Assembly (NCBI RefSeq): GCF_964355755.1
Contig: NC_092671.1
Location: forward strand, 33,862,304-33,926,303
Length of the DNA stretch: 64,000 nucleotides
Direction: 5' to 3'
DNA from: Antedon mediterranea
Lineage: Eukaryota > Animalia > Echinodermata
The notes below the pieces were generated by a model. That model searched no databases, was not told the DNA's origin, and worked only from the letters and a program-made list of their open reading frames with translations. Of this stretch, positions 23,762 through 37,302 are shown in pieces; the first letter of the stretch is position 1, and each line of letters starts with the position of its first letter. The translations under genes were made by a program, and so were the position numbers.

Positions 23762-26700
23762 CTAAAATTTAAAAATATGCATGCAAAATTACATACATCT
23801 ACCAAGTAGATTATTGTCATTTATTGGAGGATTAATCATGAATTAAATAATCTATTGAACTCTTAATTACATCATCAAGAGTGCAATATCAAATTGTGTA
23901 TCGTGAGTAGGTACTGCTTTTGTTTGCACGTTCATTTTTTGTTAAACAATGATGATCACGTTCGATCAACAAAGTAGTGTGCGCCGTGATTGTGCGAAAG
24001 CTACCTATGTTTAGTCGATTCACGACTTCCTATAGAGGGGGGAAAGATGCATTGCCGTGGAAAGTGATATTGTGTTCAAAGAGATTGTTTGACAGAAATT
24101 CCTATCATCAATGGTAGCACTAACTAAATATAAGAACAAGTTTTGTGTTTTGTGTTCTTACTTCTGCTTTTAAAGAATTTTAAAGAATCATATACAACTA
24201 ATTTCAAGCAGTATCTTAAACCATAGGCCTACCTCATAAGAAAAGTAACAATATAGTGCAACAAATATACCATTTGATGCAAATAATAAGCTGAACATTA
24301 ACCAAAATAGGTATTTATCATCCGCCATTACCGCAAACATCCACGTAAAGATAAAAAAGAGGGACAAGAAGCAGCTGCATTCTATACAGCACCTGTAAAA
24401 GAAACAAATAATAGCTATTTAGCATTTCATTTTTTTCCATCAACTTAATCACTTTGCTCTAGAAGTCGATTCATTTTAAGACAAGAATAGTCAAAAACAT
24501 CTTTTTATATCTGAGAACACTTTTTTAAATTAATATAAATGATCACTACAAACACAAGCTCAATCGTTGCATGTTATCGTCAAAGTAATATTTGCTTTAC
24601 AGTATTATCATGATTTTAAAAACTTACCGTACTTGTGCTACTAAATATTCTTTTCGCTTCTTTCCATCAACTTTTGTAATAAATATTATTCCGATAAATA
24701 TTATTCGAATCTGAAATAAAACAAAACTTACCATGAAAAACTTGACATAAATCACTGTGATACGAAATAAGTGTTTCTAATGTTGATAGTGTTGGAACAT
24801 TTATTAATAAAGACAAAACTAAATAAAACTGCTTACAAGAATCAGCGTCATTGCTGGGAAGATAAATGCAACCAAACTTCCAGTTTCGAACTTCAACCAG
24901 CATCTACAAAATGTAAATGTCGTCAATTATATGAACATTAAGTAAAACCGACCAAACCGTCCTTAACGGTTGAAAATGTGAAAAATAATCGATTCTAATT
25001 ATTTAAGCGGGTCGCTATAAATACCTGCATTGTATTATTGCTGTTTACAAGCTAGGCCTACTAACATAACATAACATAACATAACATAACATAACGCTAA
25101 ATAGACTAGGCCTAAGTAATTAAGTAAATTTATTGTCATTTGTAAAGATAAAAAAAGTATTTACATTGACATGAATTGAATCGTTTCTTAAACTAAAACT
25201 TAAACTAAACCCTGTTTACGAGAGGTCGTTTGACGGGAGCTACTTAATATGTAGTACCTTGTTTTTCTCTTTCTAAATAATCATAAACCATAATACAAAG
25301 AATGACCTGTTTTAATGTTTAATAAATATATATTTATTTATTTATTTATTTTATTTTATTCAGTTGTCAACCAACAGCGATGAAACCGCCACTAACAGGT
25401 TGAATCTAAACATAATAAATATATGTATATATAAATCCAAAGGCAAATTACAAAAAAAAATGACAATGCTGTGGGTATCAGTGGCTGGATCTCAATGGAG
25501 ATATAAAAAAATGCGAAAAGATAAATCAAAACGATAAAGTAAAATGCTATTTCATATCTTCCGCCGCATTAAATGATTTGTTCCATTGCACTCATAAACA
25601 TTCATTATTGGTATACTACATTATTATAAAGTTAATACGGGAGCAAAATATTTCTCAACGCATGTAACTAAAAGGTTTTCGTAATACTTGCGCACGCACA
25701 GATATATTTGTTTACAAAGTGGGCGGAGATTGCGCGTTGTATGTTGGAAAATAGCGTTAAAGTTAACGTAAACATCCAGAAAAGTTAGCAGAGCCGTTCA
25801 TCAGTGCGATATGTATGCATATATAATATTTAGGCCTATATTACAAAACGTCAATATTTGTATTCTTTACCCACTTATTTCGTTGTAACCATAATGAATA
25901 CCAAAGAATATTGCCGATAGACATGCCGCTCCACCCCATCCACAGATTAGGTAGCCTGGTTTCTTAGAAATACTTGAACCTTCAAATCGAATTTTGGCTT
26001 TTAACATGTAGAAATATATGCATTCGACAATCAACCACATCAGGATTGCCATGTAGAAGAAATGTATCAAAACTCCAAACGTAGTGCACAGAATCTATAA
26101 ATAAAAGATGATGTCGTATGATGTGTTATGTGTTGTTGCCTGTGTGCGCACCGCCGCTCCTAGTTTGGTTTTTAGTGTCAGCCAGCGTTATTTATCTCTA
26201 TTTATCTACCCCGTGATACTAACATTTCTACATTTTGACATCGAACTGGGTTTCGAAAATATACATCGAAAACGAAAATGGAAACGATACTGAAATGTCT
26301 TAAACATTCAGGAAAGTCTCTGCACAACATATTTTTACTAAACGAGAAGCAACTTTATCAGCATGATTCAATAAGGTTTATACAAAATCTTCAAAAAGTC
26401 ATTGCAAAATGCATGGTGAAGAAGAAGAAAAAAATTGGATCAATTAAGGCCATATACATGGCTGAAGTCGAGTGCGCAAATATGAATTAGTGTCTACCGA
26501 CCGACCAACATAGTGAGCTATAGAGTCACGTTTGCACGCGACTAAAAAGTACGCACATCCTATACGTATATGACATGTGCTCCCATTTCCTTCATGTCAT
26601 GTGTCGCGCACGCTATTTGGGATAAACCTTATCATCGTGTACGTACGCTGTAGTCCATAGTCTCTGAACTGATGATAAATGCAACAATCAATAACAACGC

Positions 26701-29700
26701 ACCAACCAACAAGTTGCAATATATAAATACTGACACAGGTCCTTTGAAAAGTCCCCTAAAGAAAAGAAAAGAGTATCAATTCGTGAAAAAACGAATGCTA
26801 TAAATAATAATTATAAAGAATATTATTTTTTTTTTCTTAAATAAAATGTATCAGGGTAAAATTACAGTTTTCTTCGCGTGGTAGTCATTATTTCACGTAG
26901 TATAGTACATTCTAAAAATTATCATAACTCTGTTTGAAAAACAACTTTGCCGATAAATAGTCCAAAGAAAGAAAATGTGTTTGTATCGTCTGTTGGCGAC
27001 AGAGAGTACATCAGCCCTGCCATGTCAGAATGTTGATTCAAATCCAATCTCCTAATGGTATTACTGTACTTAATTTAATAATTTAGTAATTCTTACCAAA
27101 TAAAATTTATGACTTTCAAGACATATATACATCCAATTATTGAAATGAGACATATGATATATATCCCTATACGTTCTGCTAAACTTTTAAAGTCGAATTC
27201 CTACAAAGAAAATAACACTATAGAATCCAACTGAGTCACTCAAAAACAAGAGGAAATATAACATTAATATTATTTTGAGAAAATGCTTTTGGGGTGTATC
27301 ATTAAATAATAATTGTTATAAAACAAATCTATATTATATAAATTGTTTTATAACAATCTGATGTCGTAAAGTAGCAACGGATTTTGAATAAATCTGCTGC
27401 TTCTGTGGTGGCGTTCTGTGTTCGTATAATAACAATAACAGTTAAAGCTACAAGGGCTAACTGATTTGGCCAAATATTTGTATTATTGTACATGTTTTAC
27501 AAAATGCTGAATTAAATAGAACTATATAGATCTTGTACAGAATTAAACACAAGGACACGTGATAACACAAGTATCCAATTAAATGACGACAAGGATTTAT
27601 TCATTTCATTTCCAAGATAATAGGATAAATTCTACTTAAAAGTTTAATGACAAAAGTTAACTTATGTAAATTTACATTTTATTTTTAAATATTGATAAAA
27701 AAAAAAGACGTACGCTATATTTTTCTGCTGGCACAAAAATTCCAAAAGTGGTTGTGTGTTCGCAACGACACTCCACTGGTGACATGGTCTCAATGACGTC
27801 AGTGCGCCTGCAGCCTAATGTAGACCATTTACTAAAAATGTAAAAATATACTAATTATCCCATTTGTTTCCTCAGTTATAGGATATATCACAAGATATCC
27901 ACTTCAGCTCGTCGATACTTTACAGAAATGTTTATAGTACGGCATATAAAATGGTAAAAAACAAATAAATAAACAAGCGACAGAATAATAATAATACAAA
28001 TCTTTCTTTCAAAAATAGATTAGTTGAGTTTTTTTCGGGAGGACGGATGAATAAGAAATTAATTTTACTTTAGTGTTTGCCATGATACTGTATTTAAAAT
28101 ATGCGATCGTATGTAGAGATATTTATAGAAAAGGCAACATAGTACTAGATGCAATACAATTTATAAGTAATAAAATATTCATACATTGAATTTAAGACGA
28201 CGAACTGGACTAATATAAACATTAAGGTAAATTTACACAGACGTGCGGTAACAATACGGGATAAGCGGAAAGCATTGATCTAGGCTATTTCGTACAACCA
28301 TCTACACAAAACGCGGAGCGGTCGGGCGGTTTACCGGAAACACGCTCAGGACAGATACATATTCTACGTGGAACAAGTTACGCGGGATTCCGCCTACCAT
28401 TACCGCTCGCCTGTGTAATACTCGAATTTGTAAATTGGCTTTAGACGGGATGCGAAATATGTTGTAGGTGATAATTGCCGATTGCCACTCCCGAATATTT
28501 GACCACTTGAACACTTGGCTGACTTTTATCTGTGTTTATTAAAACTTTACCTGTCACCTTCGTCCCAGAAACTACATACAGCATGTTCCTTGTAGTATAA
28601 TTTGTCTTCATGTTTTTCCTGAAATCATTTAACAAAGACAATTATTTGAAGAGTGTTTGTTCAAATCAGATAGCATTGATACGAGTGATGAATTATTTAT
28701 AATGTATGAGATTAATGGAAATGCATTCCAAAGTTTTACCTTCAACCTATTGAATATACAGTTAACATAACGCAGTTGAATTTAGAAGAGCATGCTAACC
28801 TGGGCAGTATGCCTTTATTTTATAGAAATATGATGAAGTCTGTTGTAAAATTAAACAATATCATACATGTAAAACCAAAAACTACCATGGAAATAAAGAG
28901 CCAACAATTGTGGGAAAACAGACATATCATATTGAACAATAAATCTATGTATTTTAAAGTATGGTTATCTTCTGGGTTTAAAACAATCGGAGATATTTAC
29001 ATGAATGATAGAGTACTTTCACCTTGTGAAATATTTCCTAAACTGTATAAACGGCATAACGCCTTAATTGAATATATGTAATTGTTAAAAGCCATACCAA
29101 AAGAGTGGAAAGAAATTATTGAAAAAGGTAATACAAAAAAGGAAGACAATAGTATTCCTAGTCTACGACTTTATATGAAAAATAAAGGAACCGTCTTCTA
29201 TAATCATTTTATTAATAGATGTTCAAAAATACCAAATTCATAAACAAAATGGGAAATAGAACTAGGTAAGGTAGACATTGATTGGAGTAATGTTTGGTAC
29301 TATAAAGTTTATAGACTAAAACATATACCTAAAGTTGCTCAATTTAATTTTAAACTTCTGCATAGAATACTACCATGTAAAAAACGATTGAAAATCTGGA
29401 ACTTAGCAGGTAATGATTTATGTGATAAATGTATAAACAAGGTTGAAACTGAAAAACACATGTTATATAAATGCAGTGTAATTCAATGGATATGGCTTAA
29501 ATTTAAAAATGTCATAGCTAAGAGCTTTTCAAACGAAGACCCAATAACTTGGACTACAGTGATTACTGGATCAAATAACATAATTGTAAATGAATTGATT
29601 TCATTATTTGTATTCTCTATATATAAGTTGCATATATTAACAAAACCTGAAAAAAAAGGAAACAACTATGAAAAAAAGATCTGGAATCTTTTTATTACTG

Positions 29701-32700
29701 AAGTAAAGCATTTAATTGAAAGTGAGTATAAGTGCTACTACTTTAAAGCTCAATGTAAATGGGGAGATATAAAGCAAAATCTCCTTAAATTAATGAAATT
29801 AAAAAAAAATGCTATTTTTATCTCTTAAATACATTGTATATAGGCCTAGTAACTATATTAGTTTTAAGATAATGTCATCCGGGTATGAAGCGACTCACAT
29901 ACACACAGAGCCAAAATATTACCTTGGACTTGCACTGTGTATGGACTCTAACCTTACGGTTTTCATTATATATATCATTCCATCCTATCCATTCTAAACA
30001 CCCTTTTTTCAAGCTTTTGCATTCTTCGTTTTCATCTCATCCATTTTTTTCTTGGTGAAAAGGGAAGATTCTTTATATTCTTCCCCTGAGTTTATAGCCT
30101 CTCTACCCAGATAACGGACACGAACAGAATAAAACAACAATAATAACTTTTTCATAAGTACGTTTTTTTAAAATCAATTTTTATCGTCAGTTTACTGCCA
30201 TCGACATATTTTAATTAATTGTATTTTTAAAAATGTATATGAATGTAAATGTGGTTACTTCTTAACATCAAAATAATCTTAGTCTTATGTATATACTGTT
30301 CAAAAGATATGTATTTTTTTAACAATGTACCTTATAAATAAGAGAATTATATAAATGTGCATATACACATATATTATTTATATTTATAGAACTATAATAA
30401 AAGTGGGACGAACCCACACAAGACAAAAAAAAATGTATGAGATTAACTATAGAACGCTGGAAGTTCATTTAGTGGACGCTTAGCATGCTGCTTAGTAAAA
30501 CAGTGAAGGCTTACTTTCAGTAAACAATGCCAAACTATCAAACGTTGGCTTTTAACTCCAGTTTCATTTTCAGATTGTAGTTGGCGGTTTTGTATTAACA
30601 TACAGTTGCTGTTTATTGACTATTAGTAATGGTTTAATGTCAGATGTTTAATTTTAATTTAAAATGTAGGAACCAAATTAAATATTTATTGTTTATGGTC
30701 GAGACCCAAGTTAAGTCAAATCATTTTACTTACAATTGATAGTTCCATGGAATAGTCAATAGCGACTGAGTGTTTTGAGGTGTTTGAAGCGACCGAGCAC
30801 GATATCAGACCACTTGCTAGTTCGTATGGAACAGGAACTATGTATTCACTTTTCAGAAAAAGAAAACATATGTATGAGAAAAGTATGATTGAACTTTATA
30901 GTTCTTAATTTTTGTTTAGACTAGGGAAGAGCTATTTCACTCTTAGGGAAGAGTTATTTCACTCTTCCATGGTTTAGATTAAATCCTAAAGTACAGTTCT
31001 AAATTCATTGACTCACTACTAATGGTTTTTTATTCGGTTTTATCAGGGCCTACCACAACATTTGATTTGATTTAATTTATTCCAATACCATACATAAATA
31101 ACACACATATATAAGAAGAAACAACAAACGCAATCATTTGTATGGAACCGTGAAGAATAACCCTCCAAATCCTCAAAAGGGGATTTACGTTACATCATCA
31201 TGAGGGATGCTCGTTGTATTGGAAATATTGCCCGAAACATAAAATAAAAGTAAATGGTGCCAGTCTTGTTTATTTATTATATTAAGTACAGTTACGTACC
31301 CATCATTTTGGTCAAAGGTCACGAATGATTTTTCGTGCCCTTCACTCTCTTCAAATGTTGCTCTTTCAAAAAAGGTAACTATGATAGATGCTGTACCTAA
31401 ACATATAGAATAAACTCTATATGTGTTACTTGTATTCTCTTTGTGTAATTACTGCTGATAGAAGTTGATGTTAGTGACAATATATTGACCTTGTTATATA
31501 AATGTATAATATACAATAGTGCAATTACTATTATAAATAATAATATCATATCTTAGCAAATTAGGCCACTTTAAAAATTTATTCCTAGCACTTTGCATGT
31601 GTATATCCATTTTAATGATATTGTAATGTTTAAATTTATATTCGAGCAAATGAATTTCCTTCTAGTTATAAGCAATGCATGATTGTGGCAAATTTCATAC
31701 ATGATGTCCTTCGGATGGCCTGAAGCCGTTGGTCCAGTCTCATAGTGTTATGGGAATCGTCTACCGGTTTGCTTATCTGGGTAAGCGCTGCACTGCTGAC
31801 TGCTAGGAGTACTCGTATACCTAACTGGGATAATATAGACGTATTACCCCAATAGAGGATATTTCCTCAGTATCCAGTTAATTTGGAGGATGGGACAGAA
31901 CAGTGTAAACAAAATATCATAATAGTAAAAGATAATAATCTCATTCTATACATTTAGAAATATATTATACCTGGAACGTTTTTGACTGAACTTGGATCAA
32001 CTCTCAGAAATCCTTTATCATTATTATCAATCTTTTTGGCATTGTCTTTTTCTGAATCTAGGATATCTCCTTTAGGTTGAAAATGAAATGACCAAACCTT
32101 TTGTTTCACTAATTCGACGTTTGAAGCTGTAATCAAATTAAGGACATACTATTTTAATAGAGCATTTAATTAAGATTAATTTGTTAAAATTATTACTTTT
32201 TTATTGTAGATAATTAACATAAATGCAAACAAAGGTATATTATTTGTATTAGTTTACAGACGTTATTTTTATTTGGAAGCGATAGAACATTTAGTTTAAT
32301 ACGTCTGTTAATTTGAAAAAATATGCAACAAATTTGCAATGCAATATTTCAAGAACGTTTAATTTTAGGAGATCTAGTCAAGGCGCCTATAGGCTGATAC
32401 ACGTTTCAATGTTTACCTACTTTGAATACTTAAATGGCATTTCCCAAACTTACCAACTATTTTTGAAGATCGTTTCCATGTTATGTTTAAGTATGAGTCC
32501 TTAGTCGCAATTTCTGTCAATATCTTTTCGGACGCTAAAATTATACCAATTTGTTTTGCCATGTTCTGTAAATTAAATTAATGTATGTAATACACAATGT
32601 ATGTAAGTGTGTTTGACGGGTTTGGTCTATACAAAAAGTCATCACAGTTTAAACATTCTATATTGCAATTAATCATTGGCAATAGCTTAAAGGTGTTGTA

Positions 32701-35700
32701 TTTTAAGCTTCTTTCACATTTGCTCTGGTCCTGTTCCGATTTGGCTTCGGTTTGGCTCCGGCAAATAAAATTGGATCTCCATGCCCATGTTTTGTTTTCA
32801 CAACGTTCAACAAAACAATTATTTTAACTCGATATGTGTGGCTCGGGAAAATGAAAAGTCACTAATGCTATACGCGAATCTGAACTTGAGCCGGATTCGA
32901 ACAGGAGAAAGTGTGAAAGACCATTTTAGAAATTATAATAATGATAGGGTTACCTTCTTGCGTTCTATAACAGTAGTTGTCACGTTAACTGTTTCCTTTA
33001 GAATAAGACAATCACAAAGTAAACGAAACAAAAAGGCATAACATAACACGATTAAAATTAAATCATTTCTATAGAGATGAAATTATTTAACTTATATATA
33101 ATTGTATTCTGTTCATAAGATTGATGTAAAAACATGTTTTTTAACGAATAATATTAAACATTTCTTAGATGATAATCTGTTCATTATCGCTATATAGAAT
33201 ATGACTGAAAACGACTTGTAGTTGTAAAGCAAGAAATTGTTAAGTCCTTGTTTTTACCAGGACAAATTATGTCAAACAATTGTTGAAGTTAAGCATTGCT
33301 TTCCGTTAGAAAGTTTTTGCTATGTTACTACTTTTGAATTGTAAGAAATAAAACAATCGTTTTGACCCTTCTCTTACCTCTGTCATAATGTCTGGCTCTC
33401 TATTTCCTATCAGTTCTGTAGTCTCTGCCATTAATAATAGAGTAATTTCTAAGTCATCTATTTCCGTTTCAGTCAATATTCGGGTCTTTTTTTTTTCTGC
33501 CGCAATAGCTGATATTTGTAAGATGTCCACATTGTCCGTTCCATTAAATAACTGTTGGAATAATAACAACAATACATATTAGATAGAATGTTTATGGACA
33601 CCACCACTTATGTAATGTTTTGATTAAATTGCTACATATAAGGTTTTTTTCCTGAAGTCAGTTAATGGAGGGATCCAATCAGATGATTAGTCACCTATAG
33701 TTTAGTTAGAATTCACAAGTTTCCTTATTATTTCCTTTATTAGCAGAACCATACCATTACTCGTAGGTCGGTGAAAGCAATCCGTATTCTGACCGTAAAC
33801 GTATAAGTCACCATGTTTCCAGTTTTATCAGTAGCTGTGTAAGTCACTTCTGTGATTCCAACCGGAAACACATCTCCGGGATTGTGAGTAGACTCAACAT
33901 GGGGTAACACTCCCGAGTTATCATCCGGGTACGGTGGATTCCAGTTTACCGTTACGTTTGAGTGAACTGTATCGAGGAATACTTGTATGTCTTCGGTAAA
34001 ATTTGTGAAGTATGGTACATCTACGTCTATTTCAGAAAAATGATAAGCTTATATTATTAAATATATTTTAAAACAAGAATAAATGGAAATCTGGCTGAGT
34101 TAAACATAATTATGTATTTAAAAAATAGTAAAATGTAAAATCTTTTATAAATCCAAATATATGTTCTTTATCAAAAACACCATTATTATAAACAAGCCTA
34201 AAGTAACAAAACTTACCATTAACAGTAATTGTAAACTGACATAACTCAATATTACCAGCTCTGTCAACTGCGGTGTAGGTAACTAAGGTATCATACAGCG
34301 GAAACAGGTCTCCGGGGTTGGCGTCTGACGTGACGTGTGGGAACACTTCAGAATTATCGTATGCTCTTGTTGCAACCCAAGTCACATTTGCGTAAGCTTT
34401 TCCAGGAACATTATCTACCTCGAAGTCTAAGGTACAGTTTTTAAAGTAAGGCTTTTCAACATCTAAATAAAAAGAAAGAAGAGCATTATTAGTAATGTGC
34501 GCAACGTGTAATCACGTTTCAACACTACACAAATATCAGAGGTTGTCATGAATTAAATGTTAATAGGCCTAAAGCCTGTTTTCCTGTCGACGTTATTCGA
34601 CGCTATCGTTAACAATAATCGGCGATCTTCTACATAAACATAGAAATGTTAACGATTTACAGGAAAAGAAACTCGCTGTCGTTATCATTTCAACTTGAGC
34701 GTTTTCAAACAATCGTCGTTGAACTGTTACCGATCAACGACGATAGCATCGAATAACGTCGACAGGAAAACAGGCTTAAGTCTTATTTCTCAACATGCAA
34801 ATGTCTCTGTCCGTTTGTAGGATAATTCGAATATAATATGAATGTACGGTCGGCTACACCAGAGCAACTCTTCCAAAGTTATCATAAAAGCACCTTACCT
34901 ATAACGGTTATATTAAACTGGCAATCCTGGATATTAGTGGCTCTGTCGGTCGCTTTGTACATCACTGTCGTTACTCCAAGACGGAAAACGTCACCCGGAA
35001 TGTGGTTCGATACAACACCAAGAACATCGACATTATCGGTAACATTCGGTAACTGCCACGTAACGTTAGCATAAGGTGATCTGTACCATGTTGAAGTTTT
35101 TATATTAACAGGGCAGTATATGAAGAGTGGAGGTTCTCTGTCTAAAATACATAAAACAAACTAAAAAATCAATTACTGTATAATACTGCGACTGTATTTT
35201 GCATTTATTTCATATCCTTATTCAAGACAATAGGCCTATTCTTACATCCAACACAGCACTCACTGTAAGTCGTTCTGATTATTACAGTGCTACAATACTA
35301 CTTTACTAACATTGTTGCCACCATTACTATCGTTAGTGCTTCTACTACATCTACTTCACACTTCTTTTCCTAATACCATTTTAAGTTACTTACCTAAGAC
35401 AAGAATACTAAAAGTATACCACTGTATGTTTCCTGATTGGTCGATGGCTGTATACGTCACATCTGTTTCTCCAAAATAGAATATATCACCCGGACGATGA
35501 TTCGACGTAATATTTAAAGGTTTGCCAGAGTTGTCTTCTACATCAACAACTGTCCAACTGACATGCGCAAAGTTTACACTTGTTTCAGTTAGAACAGTAA
35601 TATTCGAGGTTAAGTTGTAGAAAACTGGGTCTTCTCTATCTAATTACACATAAGTACAATAAAACATATATTATCCCTACGTTTCTATGCTGAGCGATAA

Positions 35701-36243
35701 CACCAAACTACATAATATAAATGTATAGACCTCTATTGTAAAGGAATACGTTTTACAGTAAAAAGTTTTAGGTAATTGTAATTTTTTGTAATACGTAAAG
35801 TCGTTTCAATAATTTGGTCATTCTTAACATTTCCTAAACCTATTGTTTTTTTAATGAAATCATTTTAAAAATGCAATTTTTAACGTCGGATTTAATTTGA
35901 AATGTCATATTCAAGAGAATGAATTGAAAAAGTTACCTAATACAGTAATTTTGAATGAAAACTCATTGGCGTTTTTGAATATATCGTACGCCCAATACGT
36001 CACAGTTGTATTTCCGATGTGAAATGTGGTCTGTGGTTGATGAGTAGAATTGATAAACACTTCTTCCATAGAATTATCAAAGACAGTCGGAAGAGTCCAA
36101 TTTAAAGTGGCAAAAGGTTGATTCGGGTCCGTCACGACCAAAATGTCTTCAGGTTGACTGGAGAACGATGGAATTTCTTCATCTAAGAAATAAATAAACT
36201 TAAATATTATATATATAACCAACTAAGAATAGATACTGTAATT

Positions 36244-36296
<53 letters not shown>

Positions 36297-37241
36297 CAAT
36301 GAAGTTGCGTAGCACTGTGTAAATTATATATAAATCATACTGTAAATTATAGAAACAGTGCTCATATTCGGAACATGATCTCATAATCGCGTCGAGCATA
36401 GCTCATTGGCGAAAGTTCCGTATTTTTTAGTTGTATGGAAAAATGTCTCTGGCGGGATTAGAGATCATGTTCCGAATATGAGCACTGTTTCTATAATTTA
36501 CAGTATGATTTATATATAATTTACACAGTGCTACGCAACTTCATTGATTTACATATACACAATGTTATTTAAAAAACCGTTGCGAATTAAAGTTGGAATT
36601 TATTCTGACTTGTTAAGCCTCCACTGATTGTGAGGGCGTTTGTTGTATGAGAGAATGTATCTGGTGGGTGAAAACCTGTGATAATACCATACATGGCACT
36701 GTGGTCTAGTGGTATGATACTCGCCCTGTAAGCGAGAGGTTGCAGGTTCGAATCCCGCCAGAGACATTTTTCCATACAACTAAAAAATACGGAACTTTCG
36801 CCAATGAGCTATGCTCGACGCGATTATGAGATCATGTTCCGAATATGAGCACTGTTTCTATAATTTACAGTATGATTTATATATAATTTACACAGTGCTA
36901 CGCAACTTCATTGATTTACATATACACAATGTTATTTAAAAAACCGTTGCGAATTAAAGTTGGAATTTATTCTGACTTGTTAAGCCTCCACTGATTGTGA
37001 GGGCGTTTGTTGTATGAGAGAATGTATCTGGTGGGTGAAAACCTGTGATAATACCATACATGGCTCTGTGGTCTAGTGGTATGATACTCGCCCTGTAAGC
37101 GAGAGGTTGCAGGTTCGAATCCCGCCAGAGACATTTTTCCATACAACTAAAAAATACGGAACTTTCGCCAATGAGCTATGCTCGACGCGATTATGAGATC
37201 ATGTTCCGAATATGAGCACTGTTTCTATAATTTACAGTATG

Positions 37242-37302
<61 letters not shown>

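Larger units (their letters stand above)
36247..37298. repeat. Composite element: (TA)n, 167-bp inverted segment, two+ tandem 367-bp units each with a tRNA-like gene, (TA)n
   Basis: 36293-36459 is the reverse complement of 36751-36917. Units are 36461-36827, 36828-37194 and a partial third to ~37245. TA tracts lie at 36247-36292 and 37245-37298. Confidence 0.9.

Noticed and set aside
36695-37133. Functional tRNA-Thr(TGT) or tRNA-Tyr genes
   Set aside because: They have C at position 33, mismatches in the acceptor and T stems and a Pro-like body, and sit inside a repeat element. I kept them only as tRNA-like.
36293-37245. Hammerhead ribozyme (retrozyme) in the 367-bp unit
   Set aside because: I found no CTGANGA...GAAA core by eye on either strand. 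A covariance search would be needed to exclude variants.
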